Positions 26,702 to 40,885 of a stretch of DNA of 64,000 nt are shown piece by piece. Within the stretch, counting starts at the first letter, position 1; the number at the start of each line of letters is the position of its first letter. The stretch lies in NCBI GenBank assembly GCA_044229975.1, contig JBGARZ010000007.1:352001-416000 (forward strand), in the 5' to 3' direction. The translations under genes and the position numbers were made by a program. The notes below the pieces were generated by a model, which was given only the letters and a program-made list of their open reading frames with translations, was not told the origin of the DNA and did not search any database. This DNA comes from Polyangiales bacterium. Lineage in GTDB: Bacteria; Myxococcota_A; Polyangia; Polyangiales; Ga0077539.

Positions 26702-28078
26702 TCACCCGCCGAGGAAGACGTCCTGCACCCAGCCGCACGTCCCGCCGTTGCGACACGGGTGGCAGTTCTCCGGGCGCGTGTCGGTGCACGACGCGCCGCC
26801 GCCGTCGCCGTCGCTCTCGGGCGTGAGAATCGGCGCGCCCGACGTGAGCACCTCGACGAAGTCCCACAGCACGCCCTGCGCGTCGCGGTTGTGGAAGTAC
26901 ACCTGCACCCGGTCACCGTCGTGGAGCCACGCGCGCGTGGTGCTGTTCTGCGCCCAGTAGAGGTACGCGCCGAAGGGGTAGACGAAGAAGAAGTCTCTCT
27001 CGCGACCGTTCTCCAGGCAGCGCACCGTCGGGTGCGGCGGGTCGCGCTCGGTGCACGCGTGACCGCGCGGCAGCGTCACCGTGCGCCGCCACGATCGCGG
27101 CGTCAGCGGGCCGCCGCTCATCGCGCCGCACGCCGTTCGGCCGCAGTCGTCGTCGCCCTCGTCGCAGCGGTTGACCGCGCCGCAGGTCGGGTTGGTCCCG
27201 CGGCACGACGTCGCGCGACCACACACCGAGCGCACCTCGTAGTCGGCGCCCGCCGGGCCGAGCGCGCACGGATGATTCGCGTCGTAGCCCGCGAACTCCA
27301 GCGAGCCCGGGGTGACGCCGATCCAGCCCTGCATGTGGCTCGCGCCCTGGTAGGCGTAGCCCCAGTAGAACGATCCGACCGGCGCGCGCAGCGCGGGGGA
27401 GTTGTTGCTGCACGCCGCGCGTGACGGGTTGCCGCAGGTCTCCACCTCGCACCCGGTCGGCGGATCGTAATTGCCAGGGATGGTGGAGAGCCCGACGTAC
27501 GCGCCCACCGGGATGGTCTGCAACACCACGCCGCGCCGCGTGGGGCCGCGCGAGAAGACGGCGCCCGTCCCGTCGTGGTCGCCCGAGTACTGAACCACCG
27601 GGCGCACCACGCGATAGGGGTAGTAGCCCGCGTTGACGCCGCGGGCGCTGAAGGCCTGGTCGATGCCGGAGCAGGTTCCGCCTGCGTTGCCGATGGCCGC
27701 GGTGGTGATGCAGGCCATCACCGACGGTGTCGGCGGCACGGTGATGGGGACATCGACCGCGGGGACATCTACACGCGGCTCGAAAACGTCGACACGGGGC
27801 TCTGGAAGGTCTGCACGGGCCTCGGAAACGTCGACACGGGCCTCGGAAATGTCTGCACGGGGGTCAGAAACGTCGACACGGGCCTCAGAAATGTCTGCAC
27901 GGGGGTCTGGAAGGTCTGCACGGGCGTCGAAAATGTGTACACGCCCGTCGGGGAGGTCGGCGTCAACGCTGGAGAATTCGTCGAAAGTGCCTCCGGCGTC
28001 GTCGGAGGGCGCGGTGACGGCCTCCCCGGCGCATCCGAGGGTGAAAACGATCGCGCAGAGGCAGCGGAGGGAGCGCAT
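26702..28078 (-). CDS. Hypothetical Cys-containing lipoprotein with 7-aa tandem repeat linker
   Basis: Lipobox TLGC; (P/A)R(A/V)D(I/V/L)(S/P/F)(E/D) x8; SH3b-like fragments WGYA...QGWI and WDFVEV...GWV. Confidence 0.65.
   Translation of the reverse strand: MRSLRCLCAIVFTLGCAGEAVTAPSDDAGGTFDEFSSVDADLPDGRVHIFDARADLPDPRADISEARVDVSDPRADISEARVDVSEARADLPEPRVDVFEPRVDVPAVDVPITVPPTPSVMACITTAAIGNAGGTCSGIDQAFSARGVNAGYYPYRVVRPVVQYSGDHDGTGAVFSRGPTRRGVVLQTIPVGAYVGLSTIPGNYDPPTGCEVETCGNPSRAACSNNSPALRAPVGSFYWGYAYQGASHMQGWIGVTPGSLEFAGYDANHPCALGPAGADYEVRSVCGRATSCRGTNPTCGAVNRCDEGDDDCGRTACGAMSGGPLTPRSWRRTVTLPRGHACTERDPPHPTVRCLENGRERDFFFVYPFGAYLYWAQNSTTRAWLHDGDRVQVYFHNRDAQGVLWDFVEVLTSGAPILTPESDGDGGGASCTDTRPENCHPCRNGGTCGWVQDVFLGG
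27764..27935. repeat. 21-bp tandem repeat, ~8 degenerate copies, in frame
   Basis: Recurrent GTCGACACGGG / GTCTGCACGGG with 21-bp period. Confidence 0.7.
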
Positions 28079-28156
28079 CGCGACCGAGGAGAGCCCCGCA
28101 GGGGGCTCCCGGTCAATCGCGCGTGCTGGGAGGGATCGAAGGGAGGAGGAGAGGGA

Positions 28157-32368
<4,212 letters not shown>

Positions 32369-32575
32369 GGCCTCCTGTGCTCTCTCGCGTGGTGCAGCGC
32401 GTGCCATCACCCGATGGAAGCGGCGGACCACCCGCACCGTCAGCACACCACCGAACGACCCCCGCCTGCACGCACTTTGGTCGAACGCCAGGATGATTCT
32501 TGAGGCCAGGTGTGCGCCGTCACCTGCGGCTCATCCGACACTCGCGGCGCTCGGGTCGCGGGCAGAGTGCGAAGT

Positions 32576-33814
32576 CTAGGGCGCCCGACGGGCGACCTCG
32601 GCGCGCACGCGTTGGCCGTTGCTGAGGCGGTCGCTCGGGGTGACCACGACGTCGTCGGCGGCGTTGAGTCCGGAGGCCACCACGACGCGGTCGCCGAGGT
32701 CGGCCTCGACCTGCACGGTGCGCCAATGGATGGCGCCGTGTTCGACCACGGCCATGCGGGTGCCGTCGGCGTTGGTGAGCAGCGCCGTGGAGGGGACGCT
32801 GAGCGGCGCGGCCTCTCGCTGGAGGGGCAGCGTGACCTGGGCGTACATGCCCGAGAGCAGCGCGCCGTCGGCGTTGGGGACGCGCACCTCGGTGAGCAGC
32901 GTGCGCGTGGTGGCGTCGAGGACGTGGGAGGTGCGGGTGATGGTTCCGCGGAAGGTGCGCGCGGGGAGCTCGCGGAGGCGGAGGGTGACCGCGGCGCCGT
33001 CGCGGACGGCGGAGGCATAGAGCTGGGGGACGTTGACGAAGACGCGCACGGTGTCGGTGCGCGACACGCGGAAGAGGGCCTGCGCGGCGGCGGACCCGGC
33101 GGTGACGAGCTGACCGACCTCGACGGAGCGCTGGGTGATGGTCCCGGCGAAGGGGGCGCGCACGGTGGCGAAGGACTTGAGGTCTTGCAGGCGGCGGACG
33201 TTGGCCTCGGCGCTGGCGAGGTTGGCCTGCGCGGCCTGCACGTTGGCCTGCGTGACGTCGGACTGAGCCCTTCGCTGGGCGGTCTCCTGCTGCGTGACGA
33301 CGCCCGAGGAGACGAGGCTCGCGTAGCGGGCCGACTCGGTGCGCGCGAGCTCGGCCTGCGTGCGCGCCTGCAAGAGCGCCGCGCGCGACTGCTGGACGAC
33401 CGACTGCACCTGACGGAGTTCTTGATCGATCTCGGGGGTGTCGATGACGGCGAGGACCTGGTCGGCCGTGACGGCGTCGCCGAGGTCGGCGCGGTAGGCG
33501 CGGACGTACCCGTTGGTGCGCGGGTGCACGAGGGTCTCCTGCACGGGCTGGATGGACCCTGGGAGCGTGACGCCGCCGGCCGCTTCGGCGATGGGCGCGG
33601 GGTGCACGACGATCACGCGCGCGACGGCGTCGGCCGCGCGGGCGCGGTCGGAGTGGGCGGCGGCGCGGGCGCGCAGGCGGGGCACGACGCCGACCGCGGT
33701 GGCGGCGCCGATCAGCAGGAGCGCGAAGCCGACGGTGACGCCGAGGCCGCGGGCGGTGGGTCGGTGGGGCGCGGGGTCGAAGGTGGCATCGCCGTCGTGG
33801 GCTTCATGACTCAT
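32576..33814 (-). CDS. RND efflux periplasmic adaptor (MFP)
   Basis: N-terminal TM, PRTNGYV, IDTPEIDQ, coiled hairpin, VRAPFAGTIT, LLSGMYA. Confidence 0.92.
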   Translation of the reverse strand: MSHEAHDGDATFDPAPHRPTARGLGVTVGFALLLIGAATAVGVVPRLRARAAAHSDRARAADAVARVIVVHPAPIAEAAGGVTLPGSIQPVQETLVHPRTNGYVRAYRADLGDAVTADQVLAVIDTPEIDQELRQVQSVVQQSRAALLQARTQAELARTESARYASLVSSGVVTQQETAQRRAQSDVTQANVQAAQANLASAEANVRRLQDLKSFATVRAPFAGTITQRSVEVGQLVTAGSAAAQALFRVSRTDTVRVFVNVPQLYASAVRDGAAVTLRLRELPARTFRGTITRTSHVLDATTRTLLTEVRVPNADGALLSGMYAQVTLPLQREAAPLSVPSTALLTNADGTRMAVVEHGAIHWRTVQVEADLGDRVVVASGLNAADDVVVTPSDRLSNGQRVRAEVARRAP

Positions 33815-36800
33815 CGGGGGACTCCAACTCGGCGATGGGCGCCGACGGCGGGGCCTTGCGCAGCGCGCTGTACACCACCGGGACAAAGAACAACGTAGCC
33901 AGGGTGGCGAGGCACAGGCCGCCGATGACGGCGCGGCCGAGCGGGGCGTTCTGCTCGCCGCCTTCGCCGAGGCCGAGGGACATGGGGAGCATGCCGAGCA
34001 CCATGGCGAGGGCGGTCATCATCACGGGTCGCAGGCGGGTGATGCCGGCGAGCCACGCGGCGGCGCGGGCGTCGTCGCCTTCGGCGCGGCGGTCGTTGGC
34101 GAAGGTGACCATGAGGATGCTGTTGGATGTGGCGACGCCGATGCTCATGATGGCGCCCATGAGGGCGGGCACCGACAGCGTGGTGTTGGAGGCGAAGAGC
34201 ATCCAGACGATGCCCGCGACGGCCCCCGGCAGCGCGCCGAGGATGATGAGCGGGTCGAGCCACGACTGGAAGTTCACGACGAGCAGCAGGTAGACGAGCA
34301 GCACCGCGAAGACGATGCCGTAGGCGAGGCCGCGGAAGCTCGACTCCATCGACTGCACCTGGCCGCGCACGGTGATGACGGTGCCGCGCGGGAGGTGGCG
34401 GCGCTCGCGGGCGATCACCCGGTCGATGGCGGCCGCGACGGAGCCGAGGTCGGCGCCCTGCACGCTCGCGAGCACGTCGTAGGTCTGGGCGACGTTGTAG
34501 TGGGTGACGTTCACGGCGAGGGCGTCGCGGCCGAGCGAGGCGAGGTTGCCGAGGGTCTGCGTGGCGCCGCCGGGCGCGGTGACGGGCGTGTTGCGGAGCG
34601 CGTCGAGGGAGTCGATGCGGTACTGCGGCGTCTGGACGGCGACGAGGTACTGCACGCCGCGGCGCGGGTCGATCCAGAAGCTGGGGGAGACGGTTCCGGA
34701 GGAGCTGAGGGAGACGAGGAGGGAGCTCGCGACGTCGCGCTCGGTGAGGCCCTGCTGGCTGGCCGCGGCGCGGTCGACGTTGACGCGCAGGGCGGGCGCG
34801 CCGACCACCTGCTGGAGGTGCACGTCGACGGCGCCGGGTACGCGGGCGATCTGGTCGCGCAGGCGGCGGGCGAGGCGGAGGTTGTCGGCGCGGTTGGCGG
34901 GCGCGCCGGTGATCTGGACGTCGATGGGCGCCGAGAGCCCGAAGTTGAGCACCTGCGTGGTGATGTCCGGCGCGAGGAAGAAGAACTCGTACGAGGGATA
35001 GTCGCGGTTGAGCCGCTCGCGGAGGTCCCGGGCGTAGCGAGCGGTCGGGCCGTGATGGTGCGGGTCGAGGGCGATCATGATCTCGCCGTCGGCGGCGGAG
35101 ACCATCGACGGGTCGCCGAGCGCGAGGTTGATGCCGCTCACGGGCACCCCGACGTTGTCGATGAGCGTGGCGATCTCGCGCGGCGGGATCACCTCGCGGA
35201 TGGTGTCCTCGATGCGCGAGAACTGCCGGGCGGTTTCTTCGAGGCGCATGCCGGGCGGGCAGCGGACGTGGAGCCGGAGCTGGCCCGCGTCGACGCTCGG
35301 GAAGAAGTCGCGCCCGAGGTGGGGGTAGAGCGCGAGGCAGGTCGCGACGACGAAGGCGACGAAGGTGGAGGCGACGAGGGCGCGGTGGTCGAGGGCCCAG
35401 TCGAGGTAACCACCGTAGACGCGGCGCAAGCGCTCGAAGAGGCGGTTGAAGCGCAGGTGGGCGCGCCAGAAGATGTCCTCGCGGCGGGACGAGGCGGCGC
35501 CGGTGTAGCGGTGGAGTTCCGCCCCGAGCAGGCGGTTCATCATGGTGGGGACGAGGGTTCGCGAGAGGAGGTACGAGGTCATCATCGCGAAGACCACGGC
35601 CATCGCGAGCGGCGTGAAGAGCGAGCGAGCGGCGCCCGTGATGAACACCACGGGCACGAACACGATGCAGATGGACAGGGTCGCCACGAGGGCGGGCGTG
35701 GCGATCTGCTGGGCGCCGTCGAGGATGGCGCGCACCAGGGGCTTCTTCATCGCGATGTTGCGATGGACGTTCTCGATCTCGACGGTGGCGTCGTCGACCA
35801 GGATGCCGACGGCGAGGGAGAGGCCCCCGAGGGTCATCAGGTTGAGCGTCTGCCCGAGCGCGGCGAGCGCGAGGATGGACACCAGGATGGAGAGCGGGAT
35901 GGACGTCACCACGATGAGGGTGCTGCGCCAGCTCCCGAGGAAGAGCAGGATCATCAGCGCCGTGAGGCCCGCGGCGATGAGGCCCTCGTGGAGCACACCG
36001 TCGACCGAGGCGCGCACGAAGAGCGACTGGTCGAAGAGCAGGTCGAGCTGGTACTCCGGCGGCATGGTGGCCAGGGTCTCGGGGATGACCCGGCGCACGC
36101 GGTCGACGATGTCGAGGGTCGAAGCGCCGCCGGCCTTGAGGATGCTGAGCAGCACGCCGGGGCGGTTGTTGGTTCGCACCACGCTCGTCTGCGGGGCGTA
36201 GCCGTCGCGCACGGTGGCGACGTCGCCGAGGGTCACGGTCGCGCCGCGCACGGTCGCGACGGGCACGGCGGCGAGGTCGCGCAGGGTCTCGGGGCTGCTG
36301 TTGAGGCGGACGCTCAGCTCCTGGTTGCCGAGCTTCACGGTGCCGGACGGGAGGATGAGGTTCTGGAGCCCGATGACGGCGTTGACGTCGGCGGGCGAGA
36401 GTCCGTAGGCCTGGAGGCGCGCGGGGTCGATGTCGACCATGATCTGCCGCTGCTTGCCGCCGAAGGGGAAGGGCATCTGCGCGCCCTGCACGGTGGCGAG
36501 ACCAGTGCGCAGGACGTTGGTGGTGAGGTCGAAGAGGGTCTGCTCGGGGAGGGTCTCCGAGTGCACGGCCCCCTGGATGATGGGGACGTTGGACGCGCTG
36601 TACTGCATCACCAGCGGCGGCGTGATGCCCGGAGGAAACTGCCGCAGCGCGGTCTGCGAGATGGCCGTGACCTGCGCCGTCGCGGCCTCGATGCGCGTGC
36701 CCGGGTGGAAGAACACCTTGATGATGCCGAAGCCCGCGATGGTCTGGCTCTCGATGTGCTCGATGCCGCTGACGGTGGTGGTGAGGGCGCGCTCGAAGTT

Positions 36801-36995
36801 GCCGGTGACGCGGCGCTCCATCTCCTCGGCGGGCAGACCCGGGTACTGCCAGACGACGGCGACGACGGGGATGTCGATCTCCGGGAAGATGTCCGTCGGC
36901 ATCTTGGTGATGGCGAACACGCCCCCGAGGACGATGAGCATCGCCATGACGACGAAGGTGTAGGGGCGGCGCAGCGCGAGGCGGACGATCCACAT
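33804..36995 (-). CDS. RND efflux permease (AcrB/NolG-like)
   Basis: 1063 aa; DIFPEIDIPVV, GILVDDATVEIEN, RLRPVMMTALAM. Confidence 0.95.
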   Translation of the reverse strand: MWIVRLALRRPYTFVVMAMLIVLGGVFAITKMPTDIFPEIDIPVVAVVWQYPGLPAEEMERRVTGNFERALTTTVSGIEHIESQTIAGFGIIKVFFHPGTRIEAATAQVTAISQTALRQFPPGITPPLVMQYSASNVPIIQGAVHSETLPEQTLFDLTTNVLRTGLATVQGAQMPFPFGGKQRQIMVDIDPARLQAYGLSPADVNAVIGLQNLILPSGTVKLGNQELSVRLNSSPETLRDLAAVPVATVRGATVTLGDVATVRDGYAPQTSVVRTNNRPGVLLSILKAGGASTLDIVDRVRRVIPETLATMPPEYQLDLLFDQSLFVRASVDGVLHEGLIAAGLTALMILLFLGSWRSTLIVVTSIPLSILVSILALAALGQTLNLMTLGGLSLAVGILVDDATVEIENVHRNIAMKKPLVRAILDGAQQIATPALVATLSICIVFVPVVFITGAARSLFTPLAMAVVFAMMTSYLLSRTLVPTMMNRLLGAELHRYTGAASSRREDIFWRAHLRFNRLFERLRRVYGGYLDWALDHRALVASTFVAFVVATCLALYPHLGRDFFPSVDAGQLRLHVRCPPGMRLEETARQFSRIEDTIREVIPPREIATLIDNVGVPVSGINLALGDPSMVSAADGEIMIALDPHHHGPTARYARDLRERLNRDYPSYEFFFLAPDITTQVLNFGLSAPIDVQITGAPANRADNLRLARRLRDQIARVPGAVDVHLQQVVGAPALRVNVDRAAASQQGLTERDVASSLLVSLSSSGTVSPSFWIDPRRGVQYLVAVQTPQYRIDSLDALRNTPVTAPGGATQTLGNLASLGRDALAVNVTHYNVAQTYDVLASVQGADLGSVAAAIDRVIARERRHLPRGTVITVRGQVQSMESSFRGLAYGIVFAVLLVYLLLVVNFQSWLDPLIILGALPGAVAGIVWMLFASNTTLSVPALMGAIMSIGVATSNSILMVTFANDRRAEGDDARAAAWLAGITRLRPVMMTALAMVLGMLPMSLGLGEGGEQNAPLGRAVIGGLCLATLATLFFVPVVYSALRKAPPSAPIAELESPDES

Positions 36996-36998
36996 GGG

Positions 36999-38315
36999 CT
37001 ATCGGGCTCCGGGCAGGCGCCCGCTGGCGAGCAGGAGGTCGAGGCGGGCCTGGCGGGCCGAGTCTTCGGCAATGACCACGGTGGTGGCGGCGTCGCGGGC
37101 GCGGCGCTCGGCGTCGATGACTTCGAGGTTGGTGCTGACGCCCTCGCGCCACGCGGTCTGCGCGAGGGTGAGGGCCTCGTCGGAGAGGCGGGCGGCCTCG
37201 CGGGCGGCGTCGAGCGCGCGGTCTCCCTGGCGGATGGCCACCACCGCGGCGCGCACGTCGGCGTGAGCCTGGCGCAGCGTCTGATCGAGCTGCAAGCGGG
37301 CCTCGTCGGCGAGGGCGCGGCGCTCGCGCTGGGCGCCGTAGCGGAAGCCGCCGTCGTACAGGGGGATGGAGAGCACGAGCTGCGCCTGCCAGCCGGTGAG
37401 CGGCTGCGTGAGCGTGGGCGGGTTTTGGTAGAAGGGCGTCGCGACGCCGATGAGGGACGGGAGGTAGTCGACCCATCCGTCGCGAACGAGGTGACCAGTG
37501 GCCTCGGCGCGAGCGCGGGCCGTGCGTACGTCGGGGCGCAGTGCATCCGCGTCGGCGAGCGCTCCTGCTTCAGTGGGCGCGGTGGTGGGGTCGCCTTCGG
37601 GGTCGACGTCGACCGGGCCATCCGATGCGAGCAGCACCCCGAGCGCCTCGCGAGCGCGAGCGATGGCGGTGCCCGCAGCATCGAGCTGTGCCTCGGTGGT
37701 GGCGACCTCCTGGGCGGCGCGCACCTCGTCGATGCGGTTGCCGAGGCCGCCGGCGAGGCGGGCGTGGGCGAAGTCGCGGTGGGCGCGGGCCGTCTCCAGA
37801 GCGCGGGTGAGCGTCTCCAAGGAGCGGCGCTGGGCGAGCACGGTGAGCCACGCGCGGGCCGTGGCGGCTGCGACCTGCCAGCGCGACTCCTCGGCGGTGG
37901 CGCGGGCGGTGCCGACGTTGTCGGTGGCGTGCGACCACGTCGCCCAGCGCTGCGGAACCACCAGCGGAACGGTGAGCGTCAGGTTGGCCGAGAGCTGGTC
38001 GGCGCCCGCGATGACGCGGTCGTTGAGCACGCGGTCGCTGTCGAGGCGCGTGTAGACGGCGTTGACCGCGAGCGTGGGGAGCGAGGCCGCGCGGGCCTGG
38101 GTGACGAGGGCCTCGGCGCGGCGCACTTCGGCCTGCGCGACGGCGGCCGACACGTTGCGGGCGACGGCGCGGGCGACGGCGGCGCCGAGGGACAGGCGGG
38201 GCGCCGGGGCGGGCTCGTCGGGCACCGTCTGCGCGGCGAGGGGCGTCGCGCAGAGCAGCAGGGCGAGGGCAGCGAGAGCGCCGGGGCGAGGGGTGGCTCG
38301 CGGAGGGTGTGGCAT
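36999..38315 (-). CDS. TolC-family outer membrane efflux protein
   Basis: Signal peptide, LSLGAAVARA, LSIPLYDGG, GVSTNLEVIDAER. Confidence 0.9.
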   Translation of the reverse strand: MPHPPRATPRPGALAALALLLCATPLAAQTVPDEPAPAPRLSLGAAVARAVARNVSAAVAQAEVRRAEALVTQARAASLPTLAVNAVYTRLDSDRVLNDRVIAGADQLSANLTLTVPLVVPQRWATWSHATDNVGTARATAEESRWQVAAATARAWLTVLAQRRSLETLTRALETARAHRDFAHARLAGGLGNRIDEVRAAQEVATTEAQLDAAGTAIARAREALGVLLASDGPVDVDPEGDPTTAPTEAGALADADALRPDVRTARARAEATGHLVRDGWVDYLPSLIGVATPFYQNPPTLTQPLTGWQAQLVLSIPLYDGGFRYGAQRERRALADEARLQLDQTLRQAHADVRAAVVAIRQGDRALDAAREAARLSDEALTLAQTAWREGVSTNLEVIDAERRARDAATTVVIAEDSARQARLDLLLASGRLPGAR

Positions 38316-38379
38316 GCGCGCGGCTCGGGGTATAGTCCCCACTCGTTGACATCGCAATCGTTGTGGAATCAATCAATCG

Positions 38380-38892
38380 ATGACCAAGCGTGACCCTGAT
38401 CCCGCAGTGGTGAATGATGCGTCAGCCCCTCTCGCCGAGGAGGTGTACCGCCTCATCGGGCGCAGTCGGCGGCTGCTCTGGATGGCCTCGGCGCGGGCGT
38501 TGGAAGCGCGCGGCGACTCGGCGTTTACGTGGCAGGTGCTCTGTTATCTGGTGCACCACGGCGCGACGGTGCAGCAAGACCTCGCGATGGCGACGGCGCA
38601 GGACCCGGCGAGCATGTCGCGGCTCCTCGACGAGCTCACCGAGCGCAAGCTGGTGCGCCGCACGCCCGACCCGGCCGACCGCCGCCGCTCGCTGGTCGAG
38701 GCGACGAAGAAGGGAGAGACGTGGCACCGCTCGGCCTCGCCGACGGTCAACGCCGCGGTGGAGGACGCGATGAAGGCGCTGTCGTCGCGGCAGCGGGAGT
38801 CGCTGCGCGATCTGCTGCGGGTGCTGTTGCAGGTTCCGGCGGGGGAGGCCGCGCCCGAGGCGCCGCCGAAGCGGACGAAGCGCGCGGGCTGA
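38380..38892 (+). CDS. MarR family transcriptional regulator
   Basis: DPASMSRLLDELTERKLVRR..DPADRRRSLVEAT..G; divergent from the efflux operon; TTGACA at 38346. Confidence 0.9.
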   Translation: MTKRDPDPAVVNDASAPLAEEVYRLIGRSRRLLWMASARALEARGDSAFTWQVLCYLVHHGATVQQDLAMATAQDPASMSRLLDELTERKLVRRTPDPADRRRSLVEATKKGETWHRSASPTVNAAVEDAMKALSSRQRESLRDLLRVLLQVPAGEAAPEAPPKRTKRAG

Positions 38893-38960
38893 GACCCCCC
38901 TTTCGTCAAACGGAAAGACGACCCATACAGAACAACGGCCTGAAGGGAGCCCCGACCACC

Positions 38961-39401
38961 ATGGCAGATGGACCCATCCTCGCGTGCCCGAACTGCGGGC
39001 AGAAGAACCGCATCGCCCCCGGCCGCCTCGCCGATCGCGCGCAGTGCGGCCGCTGCAAGGGCACCGTCCACGACCCCGGCGCCGTGGTGGCCGTGGACGC
39101 CCTCGATGCCCTCCTCGACGTGCTCGGGAGCGCCGACACGCCGGTGCTGGTGGACTTCTGGGCGCCCTGGTGCGGGCCCTGCCGAACGGTCGCCCCCGAG
39201 GTCGCGAAGGTCGCCGGCAACAACGCGTCGAACCTGCTGGTGCTCAAGGTGAACACCGACGTCGACCCGGCCGTGGGGCAGCGGTTCGGCATCCAGTCGA
39301 TCCCGACCATGGCGGTGTTTCGCGGCGGCCGTGAGCTCGGTCGTACGTCCGGCGCGCGGCCCGCGAGCGCCATCGAGCAGTGGGTGCGGCAGACGGTCTG
39401 A
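38961..39401 (+). CDS. trxC: Thioredoxin 2 with N-terminal zinc finger
   Basis: CPNC..NR..CGRC zinc finger plus VDFWAPWCGPC. Confidence 0.9.
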   Translation: MADGPILACPNCGQKNRIAPGRLADRAQCGRCKGTVHDPGAVVAVDALDALLDVLGSADTPVLVDFWAPWCGPCRTVAPEVAKVAGNNASNLLVLKVNTDVDPAVGQRFGIQSIPTMAVFRGGRELGRTSGARPASAIEQWVRQTV

Positions 39402-39410
39402 TCGTCGCGC

Positions 39411-39788
39411 TCAGGTCGGCGCGTCGGACCCTTCGTCGGCGATCGCCTGCCCGATCATGCGCATCACGTCGAAGCGGTACGGCCCCGGCGTGTAGCCGAT
39501 GAGCTCGACCAGGGTCCACACGATGTCCTCGCGGCTCGACTGCCGCGGAATCGCCACGATGGCCCACCGCGCATCCGCCGTAGACCACAGCCGCCCCTGC
39601 TCGATCACGAACTCCTTCATGCCGTCGCGCAGCAGCACGCGCACCCCCTGGGGTTTCAACACGTCGAGCACCCGCCGCGCGAAGGCCACCCGGTCGAACT
39701 CCTCGGTGCACCAGCCCTCCGGCGCGCGACGTTCTTCCTCGCGGACCCAGTGCTCCGGCGCGGCATCGGGTCGTGGTCGTCGCGGCAT
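39411..39788 (-). CDS. Hypothetical protein
   Basis: 125-aa ORF with host-like codon usage filling the gap between trxC and the dioxygenase gene. Confidence 0.55.
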   Translation of the reverse strand: MPRRPRPDAAPEHWVREEERRAPEGWCTEEFDRVAFARRVLDVLKPQGVRVLLRDGMKEFVIEQGRLWSTADARWAIVAIPRQSSREDIVWTLVELIGYTPGPYRFDVMRMIGQAIADEGSDAPT

Positions 39789-40000
39789 CGCCTGAACCCC
39801 TAACCTACCTCAGGTCGCACCCCGCGGACTTCGTCGCTCGTGCTTGGACGTTTCCGTGAAGGCCCCACGCCACCGGCTCCATTCACCCCCCGACGCACCC
39901 GCCATCCTGCACCCTCGCGATGGGTCGTAGAGACACCGGGGCATCGCGGGCGATGACCCCGCGCGACCACTCCTCCTTAGACCTCCGAGGTACCACCCAC

Positions 40001-40885
40001 ATGAGCAACGAACACGACCACCACCACGGCCTCGCCCACGACCTCCGCGTGCTCGGCGCCCAGCTCTCGCGCCGCCGCATCCTCGGTCTCTTCGCCAGCG
40101 CCTCGCTGCTCCCGGTGATCGGCTGCGGCAGCGACAGCGTAGGCGCGGACGGCGGCACCGACGCGGGCACCGGCACCGACGCAGGAACCAGCACCGACGC
40201 GGGCACCGTCACCGACCGTGGCGTCGCGGCGACCGACAACGGCATCACGTCGTGCACCACCATTCCGAGCGAGACCGCGGGCCCGTACCCCGGTGACAAC
40301 ACCAACGGCGCCAACGCCCTCGCGCTCGCGGGCATCGTGCGCAGCGACATCCGGTCGAGCCTCGTCACCTCGACCACCGTGGCCGAGGGTGTTCCGCTCA
40401 CGATCATCCTCACGATCGTCAACGCGAGCGCCAACTGCGCGCCGCTCGCCAACCACGCCGTCTACCTCTGGCACTGCGATCGCGCGGGCGCCTACTCCAT
40501 GTACTCGGGCGCGGCCCTCAGCGAGAACTACCTCCGCGGCGTTCAGCAGACCGACGCCGATGGGAAGGTGACCTTCACCAGCATCTTCCCCGCCTGCTAC
40601 TCGGGGCGCTGGCCGCACATCCACTTCGAGATCTTCGCCAGCCTCGCCGCGGCGATGACCAGCGGGCGCAGCGCCCTCCGCACCTCGCAGCTCGCGCTCC
40701 CCGAGGCCGCCTGCAACGAGGTCTTCGCGACCACCGGGTACAGCGCCAGCGTCGCCAACCTCCGGGGCGTCTCCCTCGCGTCGGACAACGTCTTCAGCGA
40801 CGGATCGTCCCTCCAGCTCGCCTCGGTCACCGGCAGCGCCGCGACCGGCTACGTCGCCACCCTGGTGGTCGCCATCCAGGCGTAG
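40001..40885 (+). CDS. Intradiol ring-cleavage dioxygenase-like protein, Tat lipoprotein
   Basis: SRRRILG Tat motif, VIGC; ETAGPYP, YLWHCDRAGAYS, LRGVQ, YSGRWPHIHFE. Confidence 0.88.
   Translation: MSNEHDHHHGLAHDLRVLGAQLSRRRILGLFASASLLPVIGCGSDSVGADGGTDAGTGTDAGTSTDAGTVTDRGVAATDNGITSCTTIPSETAGPYPGDNTNGANALALAGIVRSDIRSSLVTSTTVAEGVPLTIILTIVNASANCAPLANHAVYLWHCDRAGAYSMYSGAALSENYLRGVQQTDADGKVTFTSIFPACYSGRWPHIHFEIFASLAAAMTSGRSALRTSQLALPEAACNEVFATTGYSASVANLRGVSLASDNVFSDGSSLQLASVTGSAATGYVATLVVAIQA

Noticed and set aside
28091..28108. GAGCCCC-GCAG-GGGGCTC hairpin as intrinsic terminator
   Set aside because: No U-tract on either strand; short GC hairpins are common by chance here.
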